Part shown: in pieces, positions 26,101 through 38,731 of the stretch
Layout of the letters: every line of letters starts with the position of its first letter
Numbering within the stretch: the stretch's first letter is position 1
From: Tubiluchus corallicola
Taxonomy: Eukaryota > Animalia > Priapulida
Direction: 5' to 3'
NCBI GenBank assembly: GCA_030141605.1
Contig: JAQGDQ010000004.1
Coordinates: 1,116,001-1,180,000, forward strand
DNA: 64,000 bases
Made by a program: the position numbers and the translations under genes
The notes under the pieces: model-generated
What the model was told of the DNA's origin: nothing
Database searches by the model: none
The model's input: the letters and a program-made list of their open reading frames with translations, nothing else

Positions 26101-29100
26101 GTAATCTTTTTATGGTACTATTCCTATAATAAGTATAAAATCCAGGAGTTACAGTTTCTATTTTTTCAGCTTACATTTGCTGAGCAAGCAGTAAAGATCA
26201 TCGAAGAGCATGATGCTAGTAAACCGCTATTTCTTTACCTGCCTTTCCAAGCTGTACACTCTCCCCTGGAAGTACCCGAGAAATATGCTGATTTGTATTC
26301 TTATATCAAGGACAAAAACAGACGTAATTACTGTGGTACGAAAATATGTTAGTGCTTTCATTCGGGGATGTTACCGAAACGAAATTTTCGGTTCGGTTTG
26401 CCGATAATTGCACTTTCGGTTTCTGGTCAATTTATTAAGTTTCCTAGCCGAAATTTCGGATAATTTTCCGTCGCACTTTTTCGAGGTTTTACCAGCATTT
26501 ATCCAGTTTACCTTTTCTTTTCTCCTAGATATCAAAAACCGCTGAAAAATCTTGGCTAAAATAGTTCAAATAAAGCGAAAATTTTGTTTACATAACAGTT
26601 TGTGACATGCTTTTCAAGGCAATGCCTCGTATCTTCGGTGCTGACCACTGTGAGGTTTTAGGGTCTCCAAGCCTAATCAACCGAAATATCAAACCATGTT
26701 TGAATTTATTTGACCAACGTTGCATTTAATTTTATAATTTATGAAATATAGGCAGCAAAATATCTGCAAAATAAAATTTGTTTGTTTTTAATGAAGCGTT
26801 ATGATCATTACGCATTAATCATTAGGATGCCTAAAGGTTGCTCTGTGCAGTTAACCTGTGATGCAACTGAAGTAATTCTTTGTGAAATTAAAACTTATTT
26901 AATTTGAACGTGAATACATTTCTCACTGTTTTCGTTTCACGTATATGTTTCTTTAACAAGGATTAGATTAATCTTCTTAAAGATTGGATTCAAGTAATGT
27001 TGGTTGCTGCTAAATTTGTATTTCACCTTTTTTTGCAGAAAATAAATTTTAAAGTAACATTTAAATTTTCTTAAAATAGGAATGGTTAGTGCACTTGATG
27101 AAGCCATTGGTAACATAACTCTAGCTCTGGAGCAAATGGGAATGATGAAAAATACCTTGATTGCTTTTACAACCGATGTACGTTATCTGTTTTTTGTATA
27201 CAAGGAAAAAGAAATGTTGTCAGTTTTGTATTTCTAATGGGGCTTATTGAGTGAAATCCAAAAAGAAATATAATGTGTTAATTACTACAGAAAACACAAA
27301 TGGCAGAAAACAGTCATCAGCCTTCAGTAAAGAAGCAGTTTGTTGCTATTCATCAACAACCACACTATATCTGACTTTTCTCAATAATCTTATCATATAG
27401 CATTTCTCAGTAAGCACATGTGACATTTCTTATGGCCAATCTAAAAGTGAATTACATTGTACCTAGTTTGTAACTTTTCCTGTGGTTTTTGGTGCCACCA
27501 GCAGAAAACAGCTTAAGTGTAAGATGCCATAAGCTGCCCTCTTTAAAAGTCATAGAATCATAGAGCATTCTGCCATCATCCTGTTTTTTCTTGCATGTAC
27601 CGTTGGACAGTTTAAGTGGAATGTCAGTACAGTAAGTTCTCGCTTAGCAACGCTAATGCATTCCAGCAAAATAGTCATTAAATGAAACATTGCTAAACAG
27701 AACAATGCATTTCATTAGAAATAATGTAGAAGCATTCAGTTGCATTTGAGAAGCAAAAATCAGTAGTACTTGGCTGGGAAAAAGTGCTCAGTTGCTTGCA
27801 GGAGTAAAATTGATAACACTTGGCTCATAAGTTAAACACTGTAATGGGGTTTATTTGCTTATAGTTATACTGAAGCATACTGTATACTGTTATACTATAG
27901 TTAATGTAGGCCCTTCTTCCTCTGGTTGTTCTCCTTCAGTCATTTTTTTCTCTTTTTCTTTGCTCTTTGTTTTTCTTTCTAAAAAAATCTAGGGTTGGTT
28001 GCTTAAATTTTCTCCTGTTTTCAGCCAGCACATTCTTATCACACTGCATTGCATTTACTACATCCTATCTTCTTACTTTCCAGCTGCGTTCATTACCAGG
28101 GTCTTTTTCAGTGTTGCCTTTGCCACAGCTAATATGCAAATGAGGTGCATGAACACAATTAACTATGTAACATGAGAATATTTTATCAACTAGAGAATTG
28201 TTGTCTAAATGTGGGAAAGCAATGAATCATCATGGTATTACTGCCTGACATCAGGTTAGTACTGGTGTAATAACTATACCGTGATCTGAATTAAGTAGTG
28301 GCTTCATTCTTAGAGTGCAGACACAGTAAACAAGATTTTGTACTTAAGGTAAGACAAAAAACCGTCATTAAAACATGCGACATGTGTCAATAATTAGCTT
28401 TGTTGAAATGAAACGTCACTAAGCAGGGAGTTGTTAAGCGAAGACTTACTGTAGTAAATATCTTAACATTTTTATCACTGGTTTTCCCATCATTGTCAGC
28501 AAAACTTATAGTCTTTTAGATTCTGTTACTTGTAGCTATTGCTTGTCATACCATTTATTTTGAATCTGTCATGGAAGAATGCTATATTTTGTTCTTTCGT
28601 ATTAGTAAACTATTTAATAATTAAATTTAAAATTAATAAACCATGTTTGCTGCAATATTTAATTATAACGTAATTCATAAAATAATTGTAAATGTGTAAT
28701 TAAATTTTGAGTTGTTAAACTGACTAATACTAGTAAAATGAAGTCTGCAAAGGTTTTTCAAATAGTGGATCTATTACCGAATCACAAAGTTCAAATGGTT
28801 TGAATGCCTGCCATTTTTGCAAACTTTGTGAATCTGCGATGACATGTCAGTGAGTACTGATAAAACATAGAGTACAATGTGGTACAAAAATTCTTACCCT
28901 CAACAAATGTCGTCCATTGTTTTTATACTGTATCTAAAAAACTAAATCTCGCCACGAATGTGATAAAATAATATTCATTGTCAGTATAAATTTTGTATCT
29001 ACGGTTTTTACTTATAACATATTTTGCAGTCATAGCTAGTAACATGTGTACCTGTAACAAAAAATTGTTTTGTATTTACATTCACAAGCTTAAGGTGCAG

Positions 29101-32100
29101 TAGCTACAGTATTGATTTTTGTGTCATTGTATTTTATTTGATAAAATGGTCATGAAAACTCTAAATTTGTAGACCATGAATTTGCGTGTTCTTCTAAAAA
29201 TTTAAACTTCAACACTTTAGCAACCAAAAACAACAAGCCAGTAAGCAAGCATGGTCTTCACTTTAAAAGCATCAAGAGAATGTGCATGACATCTGACATT
29301 TGTAAGCATTCAGCATTTGCTGTCTAATTTCTCTAATAACTTATCCTGAGTAGTGCTTTCATTTGTGAACTGTTTTCACAATGATATGTTAAATGAAATT
29401 TAAAACTGAGTTTTCTGTTCACAGAATGGAGGTCAAACTAATGCGGGTGGTAATAATTACCCATTGCGGGGAAACAAAGCAACGCTATGGGAAGGCGGGA
29501 CTAGAGGTGCTGCATTTATTCATGGCAAAGGGCTGATCTATCCTACATCTATTGAAGATGGGTAAGCTTAATTAAAGTCATTAGTTTTATTACTTCTGGC
29601 GTTGCAAGTATTTGGTCTAATTTGAGACTCTAATAATTATTTTGTATGTAATTTAACACCATCATAAATTTAATTTCTTCACAATGTGGACTGTATTTCT
29701 TCACTAGTGGACTGTGGCTGGTTGAACTGGATGTCTAAAGTACCTAACTTACTTAAAACTAAAACAATTGAACGTATTTCAGTGCATAAGGTATTCTTGC
29801 TTATTTTCGAACTTTAATTTTTGGTAATAGTTGAAATACCTTTAGTTGTTTCTTCACATGCTATATTTTCGATGGGATGTGTGATAAGCCTGGCAATAAG
29901 CTGTTAGATGTGTTTACGTAATTCATTTGGGTGACTTACTTGTAAGACGGCTATATATAAGCTCTTAATCATGCTTTTCTGCAACATTTTTGAAATCAGT
30001 CAGCGATTGTACCAAATTTGACCGAACCAATAAACAGTTGAGTGCATATTTTGTCAATGATGTTCCTTTAACTGGAAACATTACCAGTTACCACATCAAT
30101 TCCCAAAGCATAAATAATCTCTTTGAAACAAACTCAATTTCATAACATACCATACCATTTGACATCATCACAATACTCATAACAGTACGTTTGCTGACAT
30201 TTTTAGCTTGTTTATTATTGATTATATTTAGCATGTTTCGTACACCGGGCTGTGCATTGCATTAGCTAATATTTGCTTTTTTAGCGTGTTTCACACCCTG
30301 GGTTGTGCACTACATTAGCTAATATTTACTTTTCTAGTATGTTTCACATCCTAGGTTGTGCATTATATTAGCTAATATTTGTTTTTCTAGCATGATTCAA
30401 ATCCTAAGTTGTGCTACATTAGCTAATACTCATTTTTCAGCATTTGATTTAAACCCTAAATTGCGCTACATTAGCTAATATTTACTTTTCTAGCATGTTT
30501 CATGCAGTGGACTGGAATCCAACATTGATAGCAGCAGCTGGTGGAAAACCCAGTGAGTTTAAATTAATTTTGTTTTGTTTTTGTCTTTGAAAATATTTTT
30601 TGGGTCCAGCATGTAGTGTGAAATCCCGAAGCTTCGTCTTTTTGTTGTTGATGGTGTGTTGTTGTTGTTGTTGTTGTCACATTTATCTTTAAAAGCTGTC
30701 ATGCCACAGTTTTGATCATAGGATGCTGAATTTTTGCCTGAGGATGCTATGGACCATTGCACAGACAGTAATTGAGCAAGATTTTTCACTTTCCCAATAG
30801 AGCGCTCACACATCCTGGTTATATCACTCACACCCGTGAAATGGAGCTGGCCCATTCATTGTGATGTTGCTGTGGTTTCTTTCATTCTAATGTTATAAAT
30901 TAATCTGCCCCAACAATGTGTATTCTACATTCTTACAAAAAAAACAGATTCACGACAACAATAATGCTTCCCATTATTTTCTTATAGGAACCATTAACTT
31001 TCCAAAAATAAGCACGTAGGACATGCCTGATCCAAACACATTAGTGCTTCTATTCTAGTTTATTACATTACCTTACTTTTCTGCTCGTCTACACTGTAAA
31101 AAATGTGAATTCATTGCTTATGGGAATTCTCAGTTTCTTGATTTGTTTTTGGGAATGTTTTGGTTGGTTAAGTGGTTGGGTCTCATACAAAAACCATATA
31201 TGTATTTGTCATTTTTAATGTAAACTATATGCTTTTGCAGGACAATGCTATGTAACAACTCTGGATTTACTTTTGTACCTTTGTATTGTAAACAGTAAAT
31301 ATTTACAGTCTAGTCTAGTAATAAATATTTACAGTACAAGTACTTCAATCAAAGACTTTACCCATTTCATAGCAGATTTTGTATTCACCCTTACAATAAG
31401 GAAACCATAGCTGCCAATATATGTGTAAAATTCAGAATTAACAAACTGCTAAAACATAGTGACTTTGTTTTCAAGTCATAAACACTGATCATCCTATGCA
31501 AACATCCTAATCGGTAATTTCATTTTGCTGATAATATAACACTTATATTATAAGGTGTTTCAAACTTACATCTGGAAAATTTTTCTTATTGGCTCAAAAA
31601 GCTAACAGTCTGATATCTTCCTATTGCTAGTTTTTCAATGACATGCCGAAGTAAGCTTGCATTCTACAAGTATTTTACTTGTATTCTAGTAAACAACTTC
31701 ATAATATCATGTATGCCGGTATTTTTGTGTCTTATAAGGTTCATTTAGTATTAAATGATGTTAAAGATAATTGACATTTTTTGATTATAAAGTCAAGTTA
31801 GAAGATAGTGCTTAAATGTTAAATGTACTGATATTCATTTCTAGATTGATATTGATATTACATTAATGATAATAATGTAATACAAACTAAAAAATAATTA
31901 ATTCATTTACATGATCATACAGGAATTACGATTGATTCCTTAATTAGGGCTCAAATTTATCTATTGCTAGTAATGTCACATCATATACCTTTTTACTAAT
32001 TCCTTAGATATTAACAGCACATGTGTTACTCAACTGAAATAAGGTTCCTTTGCTTTAACAGAAGCATCGATGGATGGTGTAAACCAGTGGCCAATGCTTA

Positions 32101-35100
32101 GTGAAGGCAAGCCATCACCGAGACATGAGTTTGTTTACAACATTGATGATCTGATTGGAAATGCTGCTATAAGGTAAGAGAATGCCTTGCTGTTGAAAAT
32201 GCTTATTATCTGATGTTGTTTAATATTTGGTATTATATGATTTGTTTCATGATTTTGCTGCAATACCAGTTATGTCACTTCTGCTGTTTTGGGCACATTG
32301 TTTTCTAAAATACAAAACACCTCAACTGTCACTTACTACATCTTTTCCATGCACAATAGCCTTATTTTTATTCAAAGGTCTTTAAATGTTTACATTGAGA
32401 GTGTCTGGTTCCCCTTTTTCATGTCTTCCATTAATGTTTTTGGATGTATTGTATTAGGGTTGGTGATTATAAGTTGCTTGTGGGAGACCCTGGTGAACCA
32501 AGTGGTTGGATCCCACCACCTGAGCTTAATGTTGGCAGTTATGACGGAGACAAATTCGGTGGCAATGAATCTGTTTACCTCTTCAACCTAAAAGGTACTA
32601 ATTTCATTTTCAAGATCAATAAGTATATAAACAACAAGACTATATACATTTATGCACTTCTAGTTAAATATGTAGGTAATAGATGAAAAAGACAACTATG
32701 CCGTTTAATGCAGGGCTTGAATATCTTTGCGAAATTGTGGACATAATTGTTAGTTTTAATTGGCAAAGATAATTTCTATTAACTGTACAGATAATGTTAT
32801 GACAACTTTTATTTTGCCGTCATACATTCAGAACTTGGGAATCGTGAAAAGAAAGTTCCTGCTTTGAAGTGCATTGACATAACTTTAACACTTGTCCATG
32901 GGAAACTTCTTCTGGCACCGGAATACAAATTTTTACTTAAAATATTTTCCTCAAATTTTTAGCAAAAAAGCTTAGATCTTTTCTCTCTTTATTAGCAAAG
33001 ATGGTTACACTGTTTCACATTATAATAAAGTTTTTAAATCTTTATAATAAGAACAATTATTACCCTCCAGCCAGAGGCAGAAAATCTTACAAATGTCCCA
33101 GGGACTAAAAGTTGGCATCCAGAGATTTTTATAGACATTATTTGTCCTTTATTGTCATAGTTACCATAATCAGCATTGTCCTAATTTTTGTCCATATCAT
33201 CATTATCGCAATTTGTGTGTTTAACTGGAGGTGCTATTGTTTTGTAACTAATTCTGTTTTATGTGGATTAAATGTGACTAACCACATACTTGCCCAAATT
33301 TCAATTTTATTCATATTTTTTTGTAAAAAGGCAGTCGGTGCATTAGGATCTTGACCTGACATATTTTATATATCAACATAAAGGCATACGTCAGACTGAA
33401 CATTGGCTGTTAATTAATTAAGCATAGAGATAGCAGGGGCCCAAGGACAGAGCTTGAGGAACACTTGCATACATTTGCTCAAAACATACTGCATCAATTG
33501 GAACAGTTTGTTTTCTTTCAGTTAAGTAACATGTTAAGTTTGAGATAAGCTTGAGAAATAAAATAATCATTAAATAAGTTTGCTTTTAGAACCAATTTGA
33601 CTATAAGTTCATTATCACATTGGTGGGATGGCATTGCAGTCTTTGTTCTTATAGAACAATTTAACAATTTTACACAGTTTTTATTACTTACTTGTTCACT
33701 GCAATTTTTAATTTAGCAGCTTTAACTTTAAAAAAGTTGTTTTTGCTTTTCTTATTTCTGAGACTGTTTCGTTATGAAAACTTTTGTACTGATCCCCAGT
33801 AATAAGGATCACAAGAATGCTTGCACTTTTGTATCCCTTTTCTACTTTCTTGTTATCATAATTGCAAACAGTTATAGTGTAACTTTTAACACTATTATAC
33901 TAAAATTTCATTTTACCTACTATTGGGCAAGGTTTACAAGTATTGACAATAAGTAACAGAACAGTACAATCTGAAAACCAATTTGGTATATTCGTTATAA
34001 TCAAACCTAAACAGGATCTAGACACAGGCAAAACGTGAGTAGACTCATTAATCAATTTGAGACAGACTATATAAACGTGATGTATCTCCAAATTTCTTAC
34101 TAAAGGGCGTATCAATATCATTTCACCAAATCTGCTTTCATCCTTATGTTCAAATCTCCAGTTATTACTACATGTAAATTTGTATCGTAATTTTGTCTAA
34201 AGAGATAACAAACTGTTCACAAAAATATGCAAAATCCTGCATATTATAGCATGGAGGGCGATAACACACACAGAACAAAAGTTTCTGATCTTTTAAAATG
34301 GTTCCAATCCAAATCATTTCTAAACCAGAGCAAAGGTCATCCCTTCTTGTAAAGAGTAATTGATTATTATAATACATAAGTATATATTGCCTCCTTCCCT
34401 GTTTCGATCTTTGCGTGCTGTTGTTTGAAAACCATTTAAAGCAAATTATCTGTTAAATCTGAGATAAAAGTCTCCCTTTGAGTTAAGTCTCTGATGTAGC
34501 AACAATATCATAAATATTTGGATAGTGACAAAGATGAGATTTCATAGAGTTTGGGTTCCTCAATCAAAGTGTTAATGTTAAAATGAACAAAATTTAAATA
34601 TTTGTTATGAAATTGTTGTGAGCCGGGGTTTGCATGGCCATCTCTACACAATAAAATGGAAAAAACGAAGACTATGGCAAAGTGCACAATTGAACAAAGC
34701 ACTTCTTTAAAATTCATAATTATGTGAAGAATGTGCAATTGTTTAAAATAAACCAATCGTCAGCCTGTACAAAGCTACCGAATTATTCATAGCTCATCTC
34801 CCAATTCACCCATCGGAGACAATATTGTTTGCAAGAATAATGTTTTATAATTATTCGTAAGAATATAAAATTAGTATTACTATGAAGCACGCAAGGTGTA
34901 TACAAGAAAATGCTTTAAGCATGGCAAGTGTACAAAAACAGATAACTAGAGATACATGTGCCAAAAAAATTAACGATGACAAAAAATAAAACATAAACTT
35001 TCAGGTAGAAGAGCAATGATGTGACACCCAGCAGCAAACCACTTGTGCTAATAATAATTGTTATTAAAACGTATACTCGCTAGTGGCATTATAACTCAGT

Positions 35101-36890
35101 ACTAAGCCTATAGCACGTGCAAAATAAGAATACTCTATGATTATAATCCTACCTAAACATACTGCATTTAATGTTTACAGTGAAGTAGAAGCAGGAAATT
35201 TTAGTCTTAAAAAGGTCTTTTTAACCTTAAGAAATATGCTTTAGATTAGTTCTAGAACTGAGCTATGAGTCTAATTTTTTCAAGAATGTATAGTTTTGAG
35301 GTCTAAATTGCCAAAGTGATGAGGAAAAATACACGCTTTGAATAAAGCATTATGCCCAGATCTATTTTAATTTTACTTATGTTACGATAACTTTCTCACA
35401 TTCTTACAGAATTAATACTAATACTGTAAACGGTAATGTTCAATGTATCTAAAACTTAATTCCGCATGTTTACTGCAATCAGTGCAATGGCCGCTTGTGA
35501 AGCGGACGATGATTGGGTAAATGTAACTTAACAATGGTCAGTCGTAATACTGACTCTTGCCACTAGAATAAAAGTGATTGGCTGGTAAGGCTACATTTTA
35601 GCATGTTAATACCAAACACAAAATTTAATAAGATGTAAGTTTTTTTAGATACTATGTGAATTAGTACATAAAAATAACTTGTTTCTCAGTTCAGCAGATG
35701 AAACATTAACAGTCTTTAGCACACTGATGAGGGCCAGCATGCAAAGTGCAAAAAGGAGAAAAACTCAATATTTTATTTGCTCTACAGAATGTGTAGCCAG
35801 TGTTTTCAAACAAAAACAGGTCGTAATTCAAAAGTTTCTTTTAATAACAACAACACCTATGAGCACACACTATATTTACTAAAATATAATTATACAATGC
35901 TAAGTACATTCTCTTTTTATAATGAGCACTTAATCCACTTGTCTTATGGATACCATTTTGGTGTCCACACATCTCAGCCACCTAATTTGGTGGCTATGTT
36001 AAAAATAATGCTTAGTGATAACTTTATGATGAAGTACCTGCTGTGTGAAAATAGGTTTTTGAGACAACGCTAGCATTAAATGATTGATGATTTTAATAAT
36101 TTTTTTTAAATGGACGAAACGGGCTACATCCTATTGGCTGCATAATGCTTTTTCTGAAGTGAACACTGTTCAACATTCTGCCATTACCAATTAGTTTCTT
36201 AGTTTATGCTGTTATACTATTATACTGTCTTGATTAAGGGTTAAAGCAAGTATACTGATAGAAATTCCATATTTTTCCATAAAGTAATTGTCAATTAAGG
36301 ATTTAAACTTTACTAGGGTTGGTGTGGCAATCATCATGACAGGCAAATTTTTCCATTCGTTCACCTCTCTCACAGTAAATGAATACGAGATGTGACTGCC
36401 CTTTGAAAGCACTGAACTGCCTTCTAATTTTTGAATCAACAACTAAGCTAAAGAAATTTCCAGGCAAAGTGTTTTCTAGTGAGTAATTTATAAGCCTCAC
36501 TAAAATTTCCACAATGTCGCTGGGTTACAGCTTCAGCTAATAATAATGGCAGTCACGGTTAAATCACTGTGATACTGATACATAATTTTTTGTATTTTCC
36601 ATATTTATCAAGGCTCAGCTAGTTTCATTCTCAGGGTATCTGTTGTCAAATTATAGTAGCTGTTATTTATAGGCTGTTATTTATTTAACTTTTACTACAT
36701 GTCCTGAAACTTTTCAGCTGATCCAACAGAACACTACAACTTGGCTGATGTATACCCTGACCTGGTAGCAATTATGAAAGAACGTTTAAGGGAGTATCGC
36801 AAAACGATGGTGCCGGCTGATAATCCACCAAATGACCCTCATGGAGATCCTGCCCATTTTGATAACGTCTGGTCTCCTGGGTGGTGCTAA
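17197..36890 (+). CDS. ARSB: Arylsulfatase B/I/J-family formylglycine-dependent sulfatase, 13 exons, complete
   Basis: Exons 17197-17389, 21745-21856, 24458-24509, 24834-24937, 25499-25605, 25912-25988, 26170-26335, 27080-27177, 29425-29561, 30494-30552, 32062-32173, 32458-32594 and 36718-36890 are all GT-AG and phase-consistent. Motifs: [17 protein letters not shown], formylglycine motif [68 protein letters not shown]. Orthology to ARSB versus ARSI/J is not resolved. Confidence 0.95.
17959..18211 (+). mobile_element. Solo-LTR-like insert (~253 bp)
   Basis: TG..CA ends, TATTTAA at 18042 and AATAAA at 18152 in U3-R-U5 order. It is flanked by a ~60-bp direct duplication rather than a 4-6 bp TSD. 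Confidence 0.55.
18239..19467. mobile_element. Inner hAT-like non-autonomous element
   Basis: Ends AAAGGCTGGCAGTACGGTAC.. / ..GTACCATATAGGCAGCTTTG with subterminal GTACGGTAC/GTACCGTAC repeats. The 8-bp flanks GTTGAGGG (18231-18238) and GTTGAGGT (19468-19475) match at 7 of 8. Confidence 0.72.
22043..22623. mobile_element. Possible decayed hAT-like MITE (TAGGGATGG-type ends)
   Basis: AAGGGATGG / CCATCCCTA ends with subterminal ACGGGTA/TACCCG motifs; no convincing TSD. Confidence 0.4.
26362..26690. mobile_element. hAT-like MITE remnant with CCGAAA/TTTCGG subterminal repeats
   Basis: GGGGATGTTACCGAAACGAAATTTTCGGTTCGG.. followed by several CCGAAA/TTCGG motifs, just after exon 7; right end not identified. 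Confidence 0.4.
27630..28451. mobile_element. Tigger/pogo-like (Tc1-mariner) MITE
   Basis: TIRs CAGTAAGTTCTCGCTTAGCAAC / GTTGTTAAGCGAAGACTTACTG with TA on both flanks; no ORF. Confidence 0.85.
30224..30502 (+). repeat. Tandem minisatellite, ~53-bp unit, ~5.5 copies, each containing the branch point / 3' splice site of arylsulfatase exon 10
   Basis: ATTAGCTAAT recurs at 30261, 30314, 30367, 30418 and 30470. Unit is approximately ATTAGCTAATATTTRCTTTTCTAG/CATGTTTCACAYCCTRGGTTGTGCAYTAC. Confidence 0.92.
33280..34760 (-). mobile_element. Decayed CR1/L2-group LINE ORF2 (APE endonuclease plus RT fragments) in arylsulfatase intron 12
   Basis: Minus-strand [22 protein letters not shown] (APE N-terminus), [24 protein letters not shown] (APE), and a frameshifted SVPQ/SVLGP RT motif near 33430-33465. 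Confidence 0.78.
36212..36510 (-). mobile_element. CR1 LINE 3'-end fragment
   Basis: Encodes [21 protein letters not shown]. The 3' tail CTTAACCCTTAATCAAGACAGTATAATAGTATAA is near-identical to the tail of the CR1 copy at ~47506-47540. Confidence 0.8.
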
Positions 36891-38138
36891 TCAGATGGTT
36901 ACTGTTATTGAACTGTGATTTACAAATCTGTGATAAGTAGGATTTTATTTTTCTGGAATTTCATGAGGGACAGCAATAGGATGCTTAATTTTGTATTGAA
37001 AATTTATCTAGGTATTTTGATGTTTTGAATTATGATGTTGTTTGAAGTAACATTGAAAATTATGATAAAGAGCTGTTAATTTTTTTCTTGGATACAGTTT
37101 GTAGATGATAATAGTTACTAATCGAAATTTCAGACTCGCAGTAAGATGCACTGAATCACATTCGCATGTTATACACATTGCTTAATTTTTGTAGGAGTCA
37201 GTCTTTTTATCAAATATATATGTTTAATTCCAATTCTTGTCATACAAGATATTTTTATAAAGTACAATAATTTGAAAAAGCAAATGATGCATGGGAAGTG
37301 CAGGTTATCTTTATTTTGAAAAACTATTGTTAAGAACAGTGTTGTGATAGTAAGGTTCAATTTTGAAGCAAATGTTGTGGTTAAAGCTCCCTTCATAGTG
37401 AAGAAGTTTTTCCCCCTTAAAATCATTCCAATTGCTTTATATTGAGAGGCTGTACTCTTCTTAGTTATGTAGTACACATTATGTTACAGAGTCATGTTTA
37501 GCTTGTCCATGTTTTGTTTAAAGTATTTGATACCGTTGCAGTCTCCTTCTATTAATATTGCAAAGGAAATGATGTCGCCATTCTGATAAATTAAAGTATT
37601 AAGTCTATTGAATTATTTTAATAAATTAAGTGCAATAATAAAAACAATTGATCTAAATAAAATCTAAGTATATGTGACATGTCTGGATATGTAGAATTGA
37701 CAATTTGCTAGTTTTGAAGAGGATCTGACAAAGTTGTGTTATGGTATTAACTGTGTACAGGTACATTAATCAGGGAATTAAAAATAAAGGCTTTTAATCA
37801 TTACTAGTGATAGAAGATTACTTTTTTATCTGCAGAAGAAATGCTAAGATTGTGAAAAATAATTATTGGCATTTAAGAAATGACCTAAATGTGAATTATT
37901 ATGTAATTATGAATAACGGTGTGGTTATTTCCACATAAGGTCACTTGGATAAACTTAGCCTTTTTACTTAAAAATTTACAAAACTAATTTTTAGCTGTGT
38001 GGTTTGTTAATCCGTTGCATTCATCTTATAAAACCATTTTTGAAAAATCTAATTTTGTGATCATTGACCAATCAAAATCTTTAATCAGAATTTTTTATTT
38101 GCTTGCATATTTCTAACTTATAAAGTGATATAACGTAA

Positions 38139-38682
38139 GCATAAGTAAAACTTTTTCTGTAGTAATTAATAATTTTTATATTATTTTCTCAGCTCCAGCA
38201 TGTATGATAACTTATATATCGACATTTTATATGAATAAAGACTTACAATCTTAAAAGGAATTTTTTCCCGTTAGTAATTAAAATTGTGCACATCTTGAGT
38301 TTAATGTGCAAAATAATCTATAAACCTTTTTGTCAGTCAGTAATAACAAGTGAGCCATTTTTCACATACGTTTTGTACTTCTTGGTAAATACAGTTAAAC
38401 TTTTGCTGTCCAACCATTTAACTTAGCTAAGTAATGAACCACATCAGCTATTCTTTGTAATCAGACTCTTATGAATAAGCCTAATCTATTTGACTACTAG
38501 GCTTGGAAAAGGGCTTCTTTTTACCAGAGATGAACGGACTGAATCCGAGGACAGTTGCAATTGCATTCATTGTGGGTTGCCTATCAATGACAGCAGAACT
38601 TAAGAGGAAACTACACAAAACATTTTTTAGATCTTGATGGTCTTTTCATATGACTGGGTCCACTGAAAACCATGAATCTGCT
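38139..38682 (-). pseudogene. Decayed partial duplicate of the GCC1 3' end (GRIP domain plus 3'UTR)
   Basis: Colinear with ~39209-39891. Translates as QDLKNVLCSFLLSSAVIDRQPTMNAIATVLGFSPF..GKKKPFSKPSS versus GCC1 EYLKNVLYSFLLSFDVADKKPMMNAIATVLEFSPF..GKEKPISKPSS. It has a frameshift, a ~50-bp deletion and no upstream coding sequence. Confidence 0.88.
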
Positions 38683-38731
38683 TGGGGCAGGATTGGAGGT
38701 AATTGGTCTAATTAGTTTAATGCTGGCCCTG
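38683..38731 (+). mobile_element. Terminal fragment of the hAT-like family seen at 17540-19803
   Basis: GTCTAATTAGTTTAATGCTGGCCCTG matches GTCTAATTGGCTTAAAACTGGCCCTG at 19778-19803. Confidence 0.6.

Noticed and set aside
30224-30502. Regularly spaced repeats resembling a CRISPR array
   Set aside because: The intervening segments are homologous to each other (whole-unit tandem repeat), the context is a eukaryotic intron, and there are no cas genes.
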